Assembly: GCA_964035545.1 (NCBI GenBank)
Contig: OZ037765.1
Coordinates: forward strand, 15,748,995-15,812,994
DNA from: Bugula neritina
Taxonomy: Eukaryota > Animalia > Bryozoa
Length of the DNA: 64,000 nucleotides
Reading direction: 5' to 3'
Positions within the stretch are counted from its first letter, which is position 1; every line of letters begins with the position of its first letter. Under the pieces are notes generated by a model. That model made no database searches, had not been told where the DNA came from, and saw only the letters and a program-made list of their open reading frames with translations. The translations under genes were made by a program, and so were the position numbers. Below, in pieces: positions 1 to 11,323 of the stretch.

Positions 1-339
1 TCAATTTCAAATTTTAAAGTAGTTAAATATATTTTAATGTCATCTACATATATATTTGATAGCAATATTTGGGGTCGTCTAACTGTAATTTGGCCGTTTA
101 ACTGGAAGTTGTCTGGCTGGAATAACACCAATGAAACGCCATGACAAATTTCTGCTTCAACTCAAAGTTGAAACTAAATTAAAATGAAAATGTGGGAAAT
201 GTGAAATCTAGTTCAAATCCCTAAAACCAATACATCTAAAAGCAGAAGCAAAACTAAAAATAAAATGTCCTTGAAGCTGAGAATGTGAAGTGAATTGAAT
301 GTGATAAATAGCATCTTAATCTACAACAATGAATTTGAT

Positions 340-1160
340 AAAATAACTATAACTCTATAAGCATAACTATAAGATTAGGTATAATAATTAGAAATCCAAA
401 TAAAATTAGTATTACTAATTCTAATAGTATTACTATTAGTTATACTATTAAATTCATATTACATTTATTACTGGTACTACTATTACTGTATTAGTATTAC
501 TATTAGTGTTAGTAGTACTAAGTCTATTAGTAATAGTATTACTATTAGTATTACTACTACTAGTACTACTATTAGTATTACTATTGGTATTAGTAGGCAA
601 GTAGTACGCAATAGTACTACTAGTACTATTACTAATACTAGCCTATTAGTTATTAGTATTACTATTACTAATAGTAATAGTATTAGTAATATTATTACTA
701 TTAGTATTAATATAAATATTAGAAATAGATAGATATATATTGATATAATTATAACATTCAAACATACTGATAGTCATAGTGATACTGATAGTCATAGTGA
801 TACTCATACTGAGCGATGAATCTGATAGTCATGTGGCGCAAGTATTAATATTAGTATCAGTATGAGTATGCGCAAGACTATGATTGAGTATAGATAATAG
901 TTATACAGTATGAGTATAACTATAAGTAAAAGGCTTCTAGACTCTAGTACTACAGCTACTAGTACACTGTACAGTAGTACTAGTAGTAGTGAGTAGTAGT
1001 AGTAGTAGACGTACTCCGACTCGTAGTACTAGTACATCGAGGCAAATAGTTCTATCAATTAAAATAGAAAAACTAAGTGAAAATGAATTTTAGTGGAGCT
1101 TGTATGCTGATTAACTAATACATTAAGAGTATTAGTAATACTAATAAGTAATAACTATAA
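340..1160. repeat. Low-complexity degenerate tri/hexanucleotide tract (TAC/TAG/ATT)
   Basis: Runs such as tattactattagtattactactactagtactact and agtagtagtagtagtag. The I/L/V-only ORF 483..761 is an artefact of this composition. Confidence 0.85.
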
Positions 1161-1416
1161 TAAGAATTGGAGGGTTTAGACTTTGGTGAAAGTATCCGCC
1201 ATAGCAGATTATCACGTTTGACTTATAGGCTATGACCCACACATATAGATACTGTTGACAGTTGTGGGACAGGACAACATCTTTCTTGGATTAAAGGCTA
1301 ATTTCAAAAGTACCCGGATATTTAGCTTGTTACTTTCTGTCACAATTGTAAAATCCGGGGTTATGCCCTGGTTCATTATAAGGTTTCAATGTATCACCCT
1401 CTAAACGTACTAACTG

Positions 1417-1559
1417 GAATGGTCCTATAAGCAGCTCTGGGTTGGTAGAGAGTGAGTGCAATAGTTCGGGGGTGTGACGTTTAGAGTTATGTCCTCAACT
1501 CCAAACTCGAACTACTGCACTCATTCACCACCAACTCGGAGCTGCTTATAAAGCCATTC
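1417..1559. mobile_element. Small imperfect foldback element (MITE-like)
   Basis: Left arm gaatggtcctataagcagctctgggttggt...gagtgcaatagttcg is the imperfect reverse complement of right arm cgaactactgcactc...accaactcggagctgcttataaagccattc. Arms are about 55 bp and GC-richer than the flanks. Confidence 0.65.
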
Positions 1560-1689
1560 ACGTAACTGAAATATTATCTTAAACCAAACGGCCTTACCAA
1601 GAACTCAAAAAGATCCGAAAAGTTGTGGAGATCATTGAAGCTGATTTGTATTACAATTCACTGGCTCAGATTGTATAACTTCTCTTCGT

Positions 1690-2620
1690 CCGATGAAATA
1701 AATATAATCATAATCAATATCATAATGAGAAAATTGAAATATATTTATATTATGATTACCATAATCATTATCATAATGATATTGGTAATTATTTATTGTC
1801 ACACTCACTGTAATAAGTAATGTATCATATGATAATGATTATCCAATGAAGCACTATCACAATGACTATCACTATGAATAGGATAATGATGATACGAATC
1901 ATCATGATCATACTCATAAATCATAATAATAATCGTAATCATAATCATAATGGTTATCAATTATGATAATCAGATAATCATAATGGAGTTGTACTAGTAC
2001 TAGTAGAGCTAGTAGTCGGTAGTTGTTATTATAATTATGAATAATAATTATTGTATTTATCATCATAATCATAATGATAATCATAATGTATAATAATAAT
2101 ATTAATTATAAAATTAAATAATTATAATAATATAGATAATCACTCATAATAAGAATAATTATTATTTATATTTGATTTTATACTTATACTTATAGTAATA
2201 GTTATACTCATACTGAAAGTGAATAATCATATTAATAGTGATACTGATAGTAAATGTAATACTAATACTCGTACTGATAGTCATAATCATAGTGATATTA
2301 CTATTACTATTAGTATTAGTATTATTAAATAATAGGCTAGTACGTTGATTTATTAATACCGGTAATAGTAATAGTAATTGTAATAATAATAATACTAATA
2401 GTAATACTAATACTAATAGGCAATAGCTAATGGTATGACTATGGTAATAATACTCGAACTGATTCTCTATGAGATTGGGTATGGCTATGACCGTATGAAT
2501 TATAGTGATAGTCAGCTACACTTAGTCTTGCAAGTTACTGTTGAAGTGTTACTCTTATAGTTTAACTTGGTGTCACAGTTATACCCATAGTCATAGTGAT
2601 ACTCATACTGATACTCATGC
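1690..2620. repeat. Low-complexity (ATC/ATA/AGT) tract
   Basis: Degenerate aatcat/aataat/agtatt repeats. The motif tagtcatagtgatactcatactga occurs at ~788 and again at ~2588. Confidence 0.8.
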
Positions 2621-2922
2621 TGTATTACTTTTAGATTTAGTAGCAAAACTAAAAGTGGCAAGTTTAACAGCAAACTTTAAATTCATTAAATTTATATTAT
2701 AAATATTTTTAGTACGGTTGTGATAATTTTGTGGGTTGAATGTAACTAGTGCCTGAACATGCTCTTTGTAAGACAGAACAAGATGTGAAAGGTTGTATAG
2801 TTGATGCAATCTTTATTGGTTCAATAGTATTTAGGTCCTCTGCCAGCGAGCTCCAGTAGTAGACTGAACTACACTGAAACTCACTGGCCTTTATATACAA
2901 GCAAAAGATAAGGTCTTTCCTT

Positions 2923-5900
2923 TGCGGCTATACATTCTATTGGAAAGGAAAGGAGGCAGATGACCACAGGCTGTATGGAGTGGGTTTTGCTGTCAAGAAT
3001 GAATTGGTAAAGCACATGGATCATCTTCCTGTTGGAATCTTGGATCGACTGATGACTCTGCAGATAAACATTGGAAATAACAGGAAAGCTACCCTGGTCA
3101 GCGCATATGCTCCAACGCTTTTGGCTGAACAGGCTGACAAGGAGCTATTCTACTCAGCTCTTGATCACGCAGTGTCACAAATCCCGATTGCTGACAAGGT
3201 TGTTTTACTGGGAGACTTCAACGCAAGAGTTCGTACTGACAGTGAGACTTGAAAAAGGGGTTATCGGCAAAGGCGGTATTGGTAATGTGAATGTAAATGG
3301 TCTGATGCTTCTCAGCAAATGTGCAGAACTTGGACTTGTAATCACAAACACCATGTTCAGACAGAAGAATAGGCGTAAAACTTTCTGGAGACACCCATGT
3401 TCTGGTCACTGGTACCTAATAGACTACATAGTCACCAGATGCAGAGACTTGGCTGATGTGAAGATTACAAAGGCTATCGATTCATCAGACAGCTGCTGGA
3501 CAGACCACAGACTTGTAAAAGCCTCTTTGAGTTTCTCAATTCAGCCCACATACCGCCGAGGAAAACACACACCACGACCACAGTTCAATATCAGACTCCT
3601 GCAACAACCGGCAGTGAGACAAAACCTTGAGACCAAGATTACCGAAAGAATAGAAAGACCTACTCGAGGACCCAAATGTTGACACTAATTGGACCTGTCT
3701 GAAGAGCTGTATCACCGAGACTTGTAAAGCTGTGCTAGGTAACTCAAAGAGACTCCACCAGGACTGGTTCGATAAAAATGATCATGTAATTGAGCAACTA
3801 CTGGCTCAGAAGCGAGTAAAATTTTCAGCATGACAAGGTGACTTCAGGAATAAAGATAAGAAGCAGGCATACCATGCAGTGAGAGCAGATGTGCAGAGAC
3901 GTATCCGGAAGATGCAGAATGACTGGTGGACCGAAAAAGCATTGAAACTGCAGAACTTAGCAGATCAAAACAAAACCAGAGAGTTTTTTGCAGAAACCAG
4001 GAAGCTGTATGGACTAAGGTCTCGAGGATCAGCTCTAGTCAAGGACAAGGACGGTGTACTTTACAAGGATAAGGATGATATCAGGCAATGTTAGAAAGAA
4101 CGTTTTTCGTTCCTCTTGAACCAGACCGCTACGGTTGACGATACAGTTCTGCAGAAGCTCCCTCAGCTGCAGTACCATGACCAGATGTCAAAAGAGCCAT
4201 CTTTTCTGGAATTGAAATGTGCAATAAAAGCGATGAAATGTGGGAAAGCTGCTGGTGCTAATGGAATACCTGCCGAGGTCTTCAAACATGGAGGCACTGA
4301 ACTCAGCAGGAGACTGCACAAGCTCTTCTTGCGTATCTGGACAACTGAGAGTATACCAGACGATCAACGTGACGCACTGATTGGGACTATTTTCAAAAAG
4401 GGTGATAAGACACTCTGTAGTAACTACAGAGGCATATCTCTCCTATCGATAGCTGGTAAGATCTTAGCCAGGATTCTATGTACAAGACTTTCACACATAG
4501 CAGAAGACATTCTCCCCGAACCTCAGTGCGGCTTCCGACCAGGTAGAGGCACAGTGGATGTGATCTTTGCTGCAAGGCAGATCCAGGAGAAGTGTAGAGA
4601 ACAGCACCAGGACTTGTACATGGCCTTCATCGATCTGACAAAAGCTTTTGATACTGTGGACAGAACATCCTTCTGGACCATACTTGGAAAGATTGGATGT
4701 CCCCTGGAGTTTGTGACAATGGTCCATCTCCTCCATGTTCAGATGGAAGCATCTGTCCTAATCGATGGCCAAAAATCAGAATCTTTCAGTGTGCAAACTG
4801 GTGTAAAACAGAGCTGTGTTATAGCTCCAACGCTGTTTTCCATCTACTTGTTTGCTGTGCTGTACCTTGTGAAACAAGAACTTCCTACAGTTATCGGACT
4901 AAACTATCATATCGGGGACCTGTTTAACCTGCAAAGACTGCGCGCCAAGACACTAACATCAGAGACATCAGACCTTGAGTTGCAGTATGCTGATGACAAT
5001 GCTCTAGTGGCGGATTCTGAAAAACATCCTCAAGCTGCTATGACTGCATTCGAGAAAGCTTACAACTCTCTCGGACTTAAGCTAAATGCAAAGAAGACAC
5101 AAGTTATCTGCCAACCAAATCCAGGAAAAAATGTTGACCCTTCCACTATTGTTGCTGGGGGTGAAACATTGTGCCCTGTTGACGATTTTGTGTACTTAGG
5201 AAGCAACCTGTCATCAAAGGCGGATCTGGGGAGAGAGATAGACAGACGGCTTCAAGCTGCTAGCATTGCTTACAGCAAGCTGAGGCAGAGAGTCTTTGAC
5301 AACTCTAACCTGCAGGTAAGCACAAAGGTGAAAGTGTACAAGGCTGTCATCATACCAACACTTCTGTATGCATCTGAGACATGGGCTACCTACGGTACTG
5401 ACATAAAGAAACTAGAAAATTATCACATGAGGAAATTGCGAGGAATACTAAACATCAAATGGACTGACAAGCGCACTAATAACAGCGTATACCAACAAAC
5501 AAAGATTCCAAGCCTTGAAAGCCTCATCATCAAGAACAGACTTCGTTGGTCAGGACATGTAGTGAGAATGAAAAGACACAGACTTCCTAAACAGATCCTT
5601 TATGGGGAGCTACAAATAGGTAAAAAATTGCAAGGAGGACAAAGGAAGCGCTTTAAAGACTGTCTCAAAGACAGTATGAAGCGCTCTCACATCAGAACAG
5701 AGACCTGGGAATGGAATGCCGCAACAAGGACTAGATGGAGATTTATGGTTCATAAAGGCATGCAAATCTTTGAGTAAGAAAAAATGCGACACAGAGACGA
5801 ACTTAGAGCTGGCCGCAAGAAGGCTTAGCTCAACAGACACACCGAGTGATGACCTCAAATGCTTCCACTGTGACCGCATATGCAGATCACTGATAGGACT

Positions 5901-5978
5901 CAGAAGTCATCAAGCTACTCACAAACAGCTGTAGGCAGACATCATACTCTACTTAGAGGGATAGCAAAGAGAGAGAGA
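2923..5978 (+). mobile_element. RTE-clade (BovB/RTE-like) non-LTR retrotransposon, 5'-truncated and inactivated
   Basis: APE endonuclease motifs GYTFYWKG, GVGFAV, SAYAPT, LLGDFNARV, IDYIV, TDHRLV; linker HQDWFD; RT motifs NYRGISLLSIAGKI, QCGFRPGRGT, FIDLTKAFDTV, QYADD, FVYLGS, RLRWSGHV; C-terminal C2H2 finger CFHCDRICRSLIGLRSHQATH (5716..5934); short 3' UTR ending in a (GA)n tail at ~5967-5978. Interrupted by stops or frameshifts at ~3250, ~3680, 3831, 4092 and ~5777. Confidence 0.95.
4116..5777 (+). pseudogene. Reverse transcriptase domain ORF remnant (553 aa) of the RTE element
   Basis: Longest intact segment, carrying YADD. It starts after an in-frame stop and is frameshifted from the zinc-finger tail. 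Confidence 0.9.
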
Positions 5979-5995
5979 TAATTGGCAAATCTTCA

Positions 5996-6041
5996 TGTAA
6001 TTGTAATTAATTACATTTACATGTAATTGACCCCAACCCTG
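5996..6041 (-). mobile_element. Orphan terminus of a putative non-autonomous DNA transposon (hAT-like CAGGG start)
   Basis: Minus strand reads cagggttggggtcaattacatgtaaatgtaattaattacaattac, with short gtaatt subterminal repeats. No partner end was found in the window. Confidence 0.4.
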
Positions 6042-6440
6042 TCTGCTAGACACACTTGATTGTTATGTCAGCCTCTTTGCTGATGATAGTCTTGTATATC
6101 AAAAAAATAACACTACCAATGACACCAAACAGTTGTAACAAAACCCAAGTTTCTTAAGAGAATGGGCTGAGAAATTGGGCATGTCGTTCAGCATTGTCAA
6201 AAATAAAATTATGGCCTGTAATTCTGCACAAGAGCTAACAAAATAAACTATGAATGGTGGTTAGCTTAGACACATAAATAGCACCAAATACCTTGGTGTA
6301 TTAATTAAGTTTGATAGTAAGTTTTTTACACATATTCATGAAAAAGTTCTAAAAGTAAAAAAGCAACGTTATACGATCAGAAAAGCACCACATTCGGCGC
6401 CACTGCATGCTCATTTTGCTTGTGTATAAGACTCTATGTC
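6042..6440 (+). mobile_element. Degenerate CR1/L2-group LINE RT C-terminal fragment
   Basis: Translates to LFADDSLVY...QL*Q...LREWAEKLGMSF...KYLGVLI...LVYKTLC, matching the LFADD..Y / W...W.M.FN / KYLGV / YKTL pattern, with stops and frameshifts. Confidence 0.8.
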
Positions 6441-6647
6441 TAATAGTCAAGACTAGGTCTAAGGTGCTAGAGATTCCTCGTTCAATGTATTCAAACCAGA
6501 ATAAGTATTCCAATATCTTTCTACCACTGACAATTAAAAGCTTGAATATTAGATCAAATACAGCAACGACAGCACGGTCCCGTACTGCATTCTTACTATA
6601 GACATGTTAGCCAGGCCTGTTTTGAATCCGCTGTTGATTATTTTTTA

Positions 6648-6648
<1 letters not shown>

Positions 6649-6681
<33 letters not shown>
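6649..6681. repeat. (TA)n microsatellite flanking the Penelope-like element on the left
   Basis: Direct reading. Confidence 0.9.
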
Positions 6682-6724
6682 GAGAAACATTGTTGATTTA
6701 TTACTTTATTAGGTGAAGTAATTA

Positions 6725-6764
6725 TACTGATATTTAGGGCACCACTGTGCCCATCTTCAGAGTA
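6725..6764 (-). ncRNA. Minimal type I hammerhead ribozyme motif, left pLTR copy (GAAA core mutated to UAAA)
   Basis: Minus strand: UACU-CUGAAGA-U-GGGCAC-AGUG-GUGCCC-UAAA-UAUC-AGUA. Perfect 6-bp helix II and 4-bp helix I. Confidence 0.65.
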
Positions 6765-7542
6765 GCAATGAATGATCGAAATTCGAAAGCTATTACGTTA
6801 CGTTAAACATTATGCATGACGCGAAGAATAGAGAGTGGCAGTTATTGTAAATTATTGAAACTGAGGGAGATAATCTTATTTTATATATCACGCAAGTCAA
6901 GAATTATACTGATTTCTTTGCATGAAAATTAAATTAGAGTGGACAAAAAATAGATATCCAAATATAAAAACCGCATGAATTAGTGAAACTATGTGGGAGT
7001 TGAGTAGTGTGGAGCTTATTGGTATAGTTTTAGTGGTATGGAGTAATTTTGTTTAAGTTGCGGTTTTATTTGTCTAATGTAGACAGCTTCGGCTACTTTT
7101 CGATGGTGGATTTCTTTAAATGACTGATTTAGAACTGTTACATAGTCTATTGATATGTTTCCGTGGTTAGTGGTGGAGATATGTTGATAAATTTTGGAAT
7201 TGATATCATGGCAATGTTCATGTATCCTGTGTGATAGGCGACGTTTGGTTTCGCCTACATATGTTTGTTGACATGAAGCTTCAGGGCAGGTTATTTTGTA
7301 AACTAGGTTGTGTATGTGTCCTTTATTGGTTTTATCTTTGATATTAAAATGTCAACTTAAGGGGGTCCCTTTAAATAAAATTCGGGGATTGAGTTCATTT
7401 GGAAAAGAGTCTGCAAATAATTTATTGAGGGATTGGATTAGTTTTTCTCCTGCTACTCCTTTATAAGACAGTTGAAGTAAAATGTGTTTCTTGTTGTCTT
7501 TTTTGCTGAGTAGTGTTTAACGTAACGTAATAACTTCATTGC

Positions 7543-7583
7543 TTCTCTGAAGATGGGCGCAGTGGTGTCCGAAATATCAGTAT
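7543..7583 (+). ncRNA. Minimal type I hammerhead ribozyme motif, right pLTR copy (intact core)
   Basis: UUCU-CUGAAGA-U-GGGCGC-AGUG-GUGUCC-GAAA-UAUC-AGUA. CUGANGA and GAAA boxes flank a 6-bp helix II with two G.U pairs. Minimal hammerheads in PLE LTRs are established. Confidence 0.75.
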
Positions 7584-7664
7584 AATTACTTTGCCTAATA
7601 AAGTAATAAATCAACAATGTTTCTCGTATATTTCTTTATAATTAAATTGCTAGCTCATAAAGAG

Positions 7665-7717
7665 ATATATACATACATACATATATATATATTTATATAT
7701 ATATATTTATATATATA
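7665..7717. repeat. (TA)n/(TACA)n microsatellite flanking the Penelope-like element on the right
   Basis: Direct reading. Confidence 0.9.
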
Positions 7718-8824
7718 CTGGCTAAAATGTATACATGTAACTCATAATTAAAAAAATGTGGCGCCCCCTTCTACCTAACAGAGTGGTCAAGTGAGAAAAA
7801 AATTAAACAGGTGTCGACAGGCAACAAATCCATAAGTCTAAGTGGCAAAAAAGCTAGATTAGGCACTTTGACTTGTGGAACTTGTTAAATATGGCAGCAA
7901 GTCAATAAAAGTTGAGAGAAGTCTAAGAGTTTCCAATATTTAAAGCAGCAAGTTCTGAACTCAAATCAACTTTGACCTAGCTCTGGTTATTGTCCTATCT
8001 ATTGTGATGTTTATTGTAGAATTTAAAACTCTCTGAGTTTAAATAGCATAAACATCTAATAGTTTGTATCATTGTTAATTAACTTGCAATTCTGTTCCGT
8101 GTTATTAGATGAAACTCATGATCATGTTGTTAGCTCTTTAAAGTTATTTATACTAACAGACCGTTTACCACTACATCTACATAAAACAAAATGAACATTA
8201 CTATTCATGACATTTTTAATTATAATAATAATTGTTACTTATGAGGGTAATGAACATTTTTTTTGTTTTTATAGTTATTTTATTGTAAGATTCAGTTCAT
8301 AAAGCTATTAATGCTAATTAGTTTTGAATTCTAAAATCAATCAATCATTATTATGCCAAAGATAAATAAGTGATGAGTAATTTCAAAACTAGTTTTACTT
8401 TGGTCTTGGGGCTTTCATTACTAACAACTTTGTTTTTCCTGGGACTAAACCTTGTTTGAAACCGACACGGTATATGAAGTAATAGCTGATAATACAACTG
8501 TAATAAGATTATGTAGCATTAAAACATAAGTGCAAATTCAAGTTCTTTTTATTTTAGTAAGCTGATTTTGTAACTGATTGTCCGTATATTACTTGATATT
8601 ATAAGTACATGCTAATCAAGCCAGGTCATTGAAATTAAATTGGTACACACACGAAGATCAGGTTTGCATGTTATTACTATCACTATGTTATATCTTCTCA
8701 CTTTTGACATTCAATGAAAATTGTTGATGTACAAATAAATTATTATTTTTTATTCTTCATGAATATTCATATTTAGTAGGAAAATGTGATTGGATAGTGG
8801 AGTCGTGATCAAGTGGTGATAAAG

Positions 8825-11266
8825 ATGTTTCGTTTGGAATCCTATATTGCACCACTGGTCATGAGCTATATTGACCGATATGTGAAATTAAAATCAGAAG
8901 ATTTTCGGATGTCTTTATGGAGCGGTGCTGTCACTCTCCATCAACTTGATCTCAGATTAGATGCAATCGAGGAATCCATTAATCTTCCTATAAAGTTATC
9001 CAATGGGCACATTAGAAAATTGAAAATTCAGGTTACTTCAGTTTATTTCAACCAAAGTGTACCGGTCATGTTTTATAAACTAATCGGTTGATTTTGACTT
9101 TGCTTCGGTGTCTTCCCAGAGTTGAGTATTTTTATGCACTGTGAGAAAACATTTTTGGGTGGTACGTTTCCAGAGATATGTTATGCCATAATGTCTGCTG
9201 CTTGATTCTAGGTACCTTGGACTAAACTTGGTTCTGAGCCAGTGCTTATCGAAATTGACACCATAGAATGTATGCTTTCTATTCGAAATGAAGATGATGC
9301 TAGTGATGCACACAGCACCAGTAATGTGTCATCTACTCCCATAAAGCAGCCAAGGTCGAAAAAGAGAATACAAAGCCATGCAGATACTGCCCCAGGATAT
9401 GTTCAGAGTCTACTTAACAGGTCAATAACTTGTGCCAGGTTGTTTTCAGCAAAATTGTTTGTAATATGAATTGAAAGTACAAAATTTTAATATACAAGCT
9501 ATTGATTAATCAATGCACATGTCACTAAAATATGTAGTTATAAGATTAACTAAAGCTAATGTCTAGTTTTTTACATGTGTTGTGATGATTATTTTTTAGG
9601 ATCATTAGCAATGTAAACATCAAAGTAGAAAATCTAATACTAAAATTTGCTGAAGCAGATATCGTCCTGTCATTGAACATTAAAGCAATGGAAATATTTA
9701 GCGTGAATTCTGACTGGAAGAGGTCTTATGTAGAGATATCAGCACCAGATTTCCTCTTGCGGCGTCTTGTAGAAATCAGTGATTTGACTGTGTGCTTAGA
9801 TAAGATTGATCAAGCTAGTGGAAAGATATCGAATTATCAAGACCCCATTATATATAGGTGCTCACTCCAAACACGTATATATACTAAGTTTGATAACCTG
9901 CATACATCAATGCCCAATACAACTAAAGTCCATACCATGTGTGAAACTCTACAACTCTCTCTCTCAGACACACAACTGCCCATGTTTCTGAGGCTTTTGG
10001 AGCTGGCTGAAGCTATATATTATGGGGATGTGCCTACTTTTAGTTCTGTTGATCCTCAAACCACTTCTTCAGCTGCATGTCAAGGTTAGGACAGTTCACC
10101 GTCATACATTTATGTTTTCTCAGCTCATTCTAGATTTGCTATATAAAGTTTTAAAGGCCATTTTTATACTGGAGTGGATAAATGTTCTCCCTCAATATTC
10201 ATACATATGTAATTGTGTATGTTGCATTTTCAAATAAAGCTTTAATTTCCACTGGTGATAGTACAGAATGTTTGAACAAACCAAGCTTAGTTATTGTGGA
10301 AACCTGCCGCTATTTTTGTGAAACCACTGCACAAGTATATTAAATCTAAAGTGTTTTTAAAACCAGTTTTATAATGCCAAAATGCTCAATATATGAAATT
10401 AATTAATCAATTGATTTATGTGCACACTCTACTCTCAAGAATTCTCGTACCAATCATTGCAAATTAAAAAGAAATGTTGTATGTTACCACCACAGAAGCA
10501 GGTTGGTTATATGGCTGAATTAATTACAATCAATTTTCGATGTCAGTGAGTCTAATTATAGTTCTCACTTTGAGTCGCCACATATAGGGTCATTCCGTGT
10601 CAAATCAACCAGACTTCAAAAAGTCCCACGCCTTTGCGTCTCAGATTTTGTTCATATTTACACCAAATGGATCTACACATGTCCTAAGTACCATTCTTGC
10701 ATATTTTTGGCCTGACACAAAACTTTTTTGAGAAATAACTACTTTTATGAACGAAAGTTGGGAAAAATTTGAGGAAAATTTGGGATTTCTACTTTTAGAC
10801 CCATCTAAAAATGTCCATATCTCAATCATTTTTTTAGACTGAGTCTTAAAATTTGCTGTGTGATTTGAAAACACCTATCAATTTGCACTAGTGGTAACAC
10901 ATCCTTTAGAATACTTTGTGTGCATATATGCTAAGCCATTGAATATAAGCAATTTTTTTTAAAATTTGAACATTTTTAAATATTAGCCACATCATAAAAG
11001 GCATTTATTTTTATTTTACTTCCATAAATTTTTATCCATAAATAGTTGATTATGGTGACTTTATACTCCCCAAATGTGTAATTTTGAAAATAATATTTTC
11101 TGAGATATAGACACCCAAAGTTGAGAAGATGTGAAAATTCACCCAACTTCACAAGGATGTCACCCGATGTTTGAATACAGCAAAATCTTTCAAACAAGCA
11201 TTTTTGTAAAGTTATTTAGTTTATTTTGTAGATCCGTAAATTTGAATGTCCTTATATTGTCCAAAC

Positions 11267-11323
<57 letters not shown>

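Larger units (their letters stand above)
6682..7664 (-). mobile_element. Penelope-like retroelement (PLE), 5'-truncated, with GIY-YIG endonuclease remnant and inverted pseudo-LTRs
   Basis: Minus strand ~7054-7315 encodes HNLVYKITCPEASCQQTYVGETKRRLSHRIHEH...HHRKVAEAVYIRQIKPQL (PLE-type GIY-YIG). 6682-6809 and 7515-7625 are inverted repeats, the arrangement known for truncated Penelope copies. The element sits between TA microsatellites. Confidence 0.9.

Noticed and set aside
483-761. 92-aa hydrophobic ORF resembling a membrane protein (also 1623..1820)
   Set aside because: Translation of AT-rich triplet low-complexity DNA with no coding signal.
7759-7770. TGGCGCCCCCT, a CTCF-like half motif upstream of VPS13B
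   Set aside because: The other half of the motif does not match, and a single short hit is not evidence.
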